A stretch of DNA of 64,000 nucleotides from Monocercomonoides exilis PA203. Its lineage: Eukaryota > Protista > Preaxostyla. A program made the translations under genes and the position numbers. Below are positions 62,951-64,000 of the stretch, one piece after another. The stretch covers positions 992,001-1,056,000 of the forward strand of contig LSRY02000003.1 of the NCBI GenBank assembly GCA_001643675.2, written 5' to 3'. Below the pieces are notes generated by a model. That model worked only from the letters and a program-made list of their open reading frames with translations. It was not told the origin of the DNA and made no database searches. Every line of letters starts with the position of its first letter. The first letter of the stretch is position 1.

Positions 62951-64000
62951 CGGCTTTGGACGCCACTCTTTTGATCAAAAACTTATATATTGTCTGACCC
63001 TAAAATCTTTAAAAAAGCCTTCTTTCAACTAACAGTTAACAAATAAAAAATTTGAAGCACATACGACATAATCAATGCAATATTTTTTTTTACACTTTCC
63101 CAAATCAACATATATATCTTCTTGTTTAAATTTTTCATGAACAAACTTGATCGAAATTTCTGTCGTTTACAAAGAACGAGAAATTTACAACCAATTGACT
63201 TTTCAAACCATTTTATTAATATTTCTTATTCTGGAATATCAGAAATTTGAAAAAGGAGTCAGCAACTGAAAGCTACACTGATTTTTTGAAAAATATTTCT
63301 ATTGTTTGTAAAAAAATATTATAACAAGAATTAAGTTAGACTAAATCCTTGTAATGATAAAAAATAAGTTAATAATATACAATTATATTTGGAAATGAAG
63401 CAATTATTATAAGAAAATCATTAAACAAAACTTAATTCAATCAAATTTTATCAAGATAAACTTTCAGATAAACATATTTGTAAATTTGAAGATCAAAAAA
63501 CACTATTCAACCAATTTCTCAGATAAATTTGAAAAAATTACTTTATTTATCTTGTGATAAAACAATTGTGCAGAACAATATAGAAAAAATTATAAGTATA
63601 TCTTATTTGAATAATTAAACGAAAATAGAAAGACAAAGACGATTTATGATCAAGATTGCAGATTAACAAAGAACACACAGTTTATCCACTGATTAACAGA
63701 GTGCAAACCAAGCCTGATGGAGTTATTTCAGGAAAAGCATTTTGATCTATCCCTTTATTTAATTAGACATCAGAACAATCAAAACAATGGAGAAAATAAT
63801 GCAGGAATATATATTAAAATAAAAAAAAATGAATAATTGACAATTATTTATTTCTAAAAAAAGTTTATTATCAAAAAACAATCTATTCTTATTTATTAGA
63901 AGTTTGTCGACATTCCTATGCAAATTCGACCGACTCAATTCACAAAAAATTTAATTGTCGCAAAGGATTAGATGATCCATGGACTTTAATTGATAGCAAA

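Larger units (their letters stand above)
57772..63970 (+). mobile_element. hAT transposon (formerly autonomous) carrying a transposase pseudogene and a captured pseudokinase-tail fragment
   Basis: Ends TAAGCCTTTGCGACA / TGTCGCAAAGGATTA. Flanking duplication GATGATC (7 of the expected 8 bp). Subterminal GATC/GTCG repeats at 57970-58050. Confidence 0.87.

Noticed and set aside
62995-63000. TGACCC as the possibly displaced right terminus of element A2
   Set aside because: It is only a 6-mer, lies inside the hAT, and has no supporting junction duplication.

Overview
AT-rich eukaryotic genomic DNA with short GT-AG introns and the standard genetic code. Gene style and the expanded surface-protein family resemble an oxymonad such as Monocercomonoides (inference). 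Intact-looking host genes: a 7-exon Vps4-type AAA ATPase (5458-7282), a ~3050-aa receptor-like surface protein with a cytoplasmic pseudokinase (8496-17648), and a multi-exon PP2C phosphatase with a long acidic tail (19371-23833). A 3-repeat surface protein (44582-48162) is split by an A11 run. Most of 24.7-64 kb is nested DNA transposons: pogo/DDE_1, Tc1/IS630 and hAT elements, a foldback MITE and long-TIR elements, several carrying captured host gene fragments. A Merlin remnant with a second MITE copy lies at the window start. The most striking object is a 5.3-kb virus/linear-plasmid-like element (35346-40638). It has essentially perfect 1280-bp terminal inverted repeats, a ~247-nt imperfect hairpin at each end, a 6-bp TSD (ATTATT), a duplicated small basic ORF and one decayed Prim-Pol/SF3-helicase gene. 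No integrase, pPolB or capsid gene is visible. It is the innermost layer of a four-deep transposon nest. All alignments were done by eye; coordinates of decayed features are approximate.
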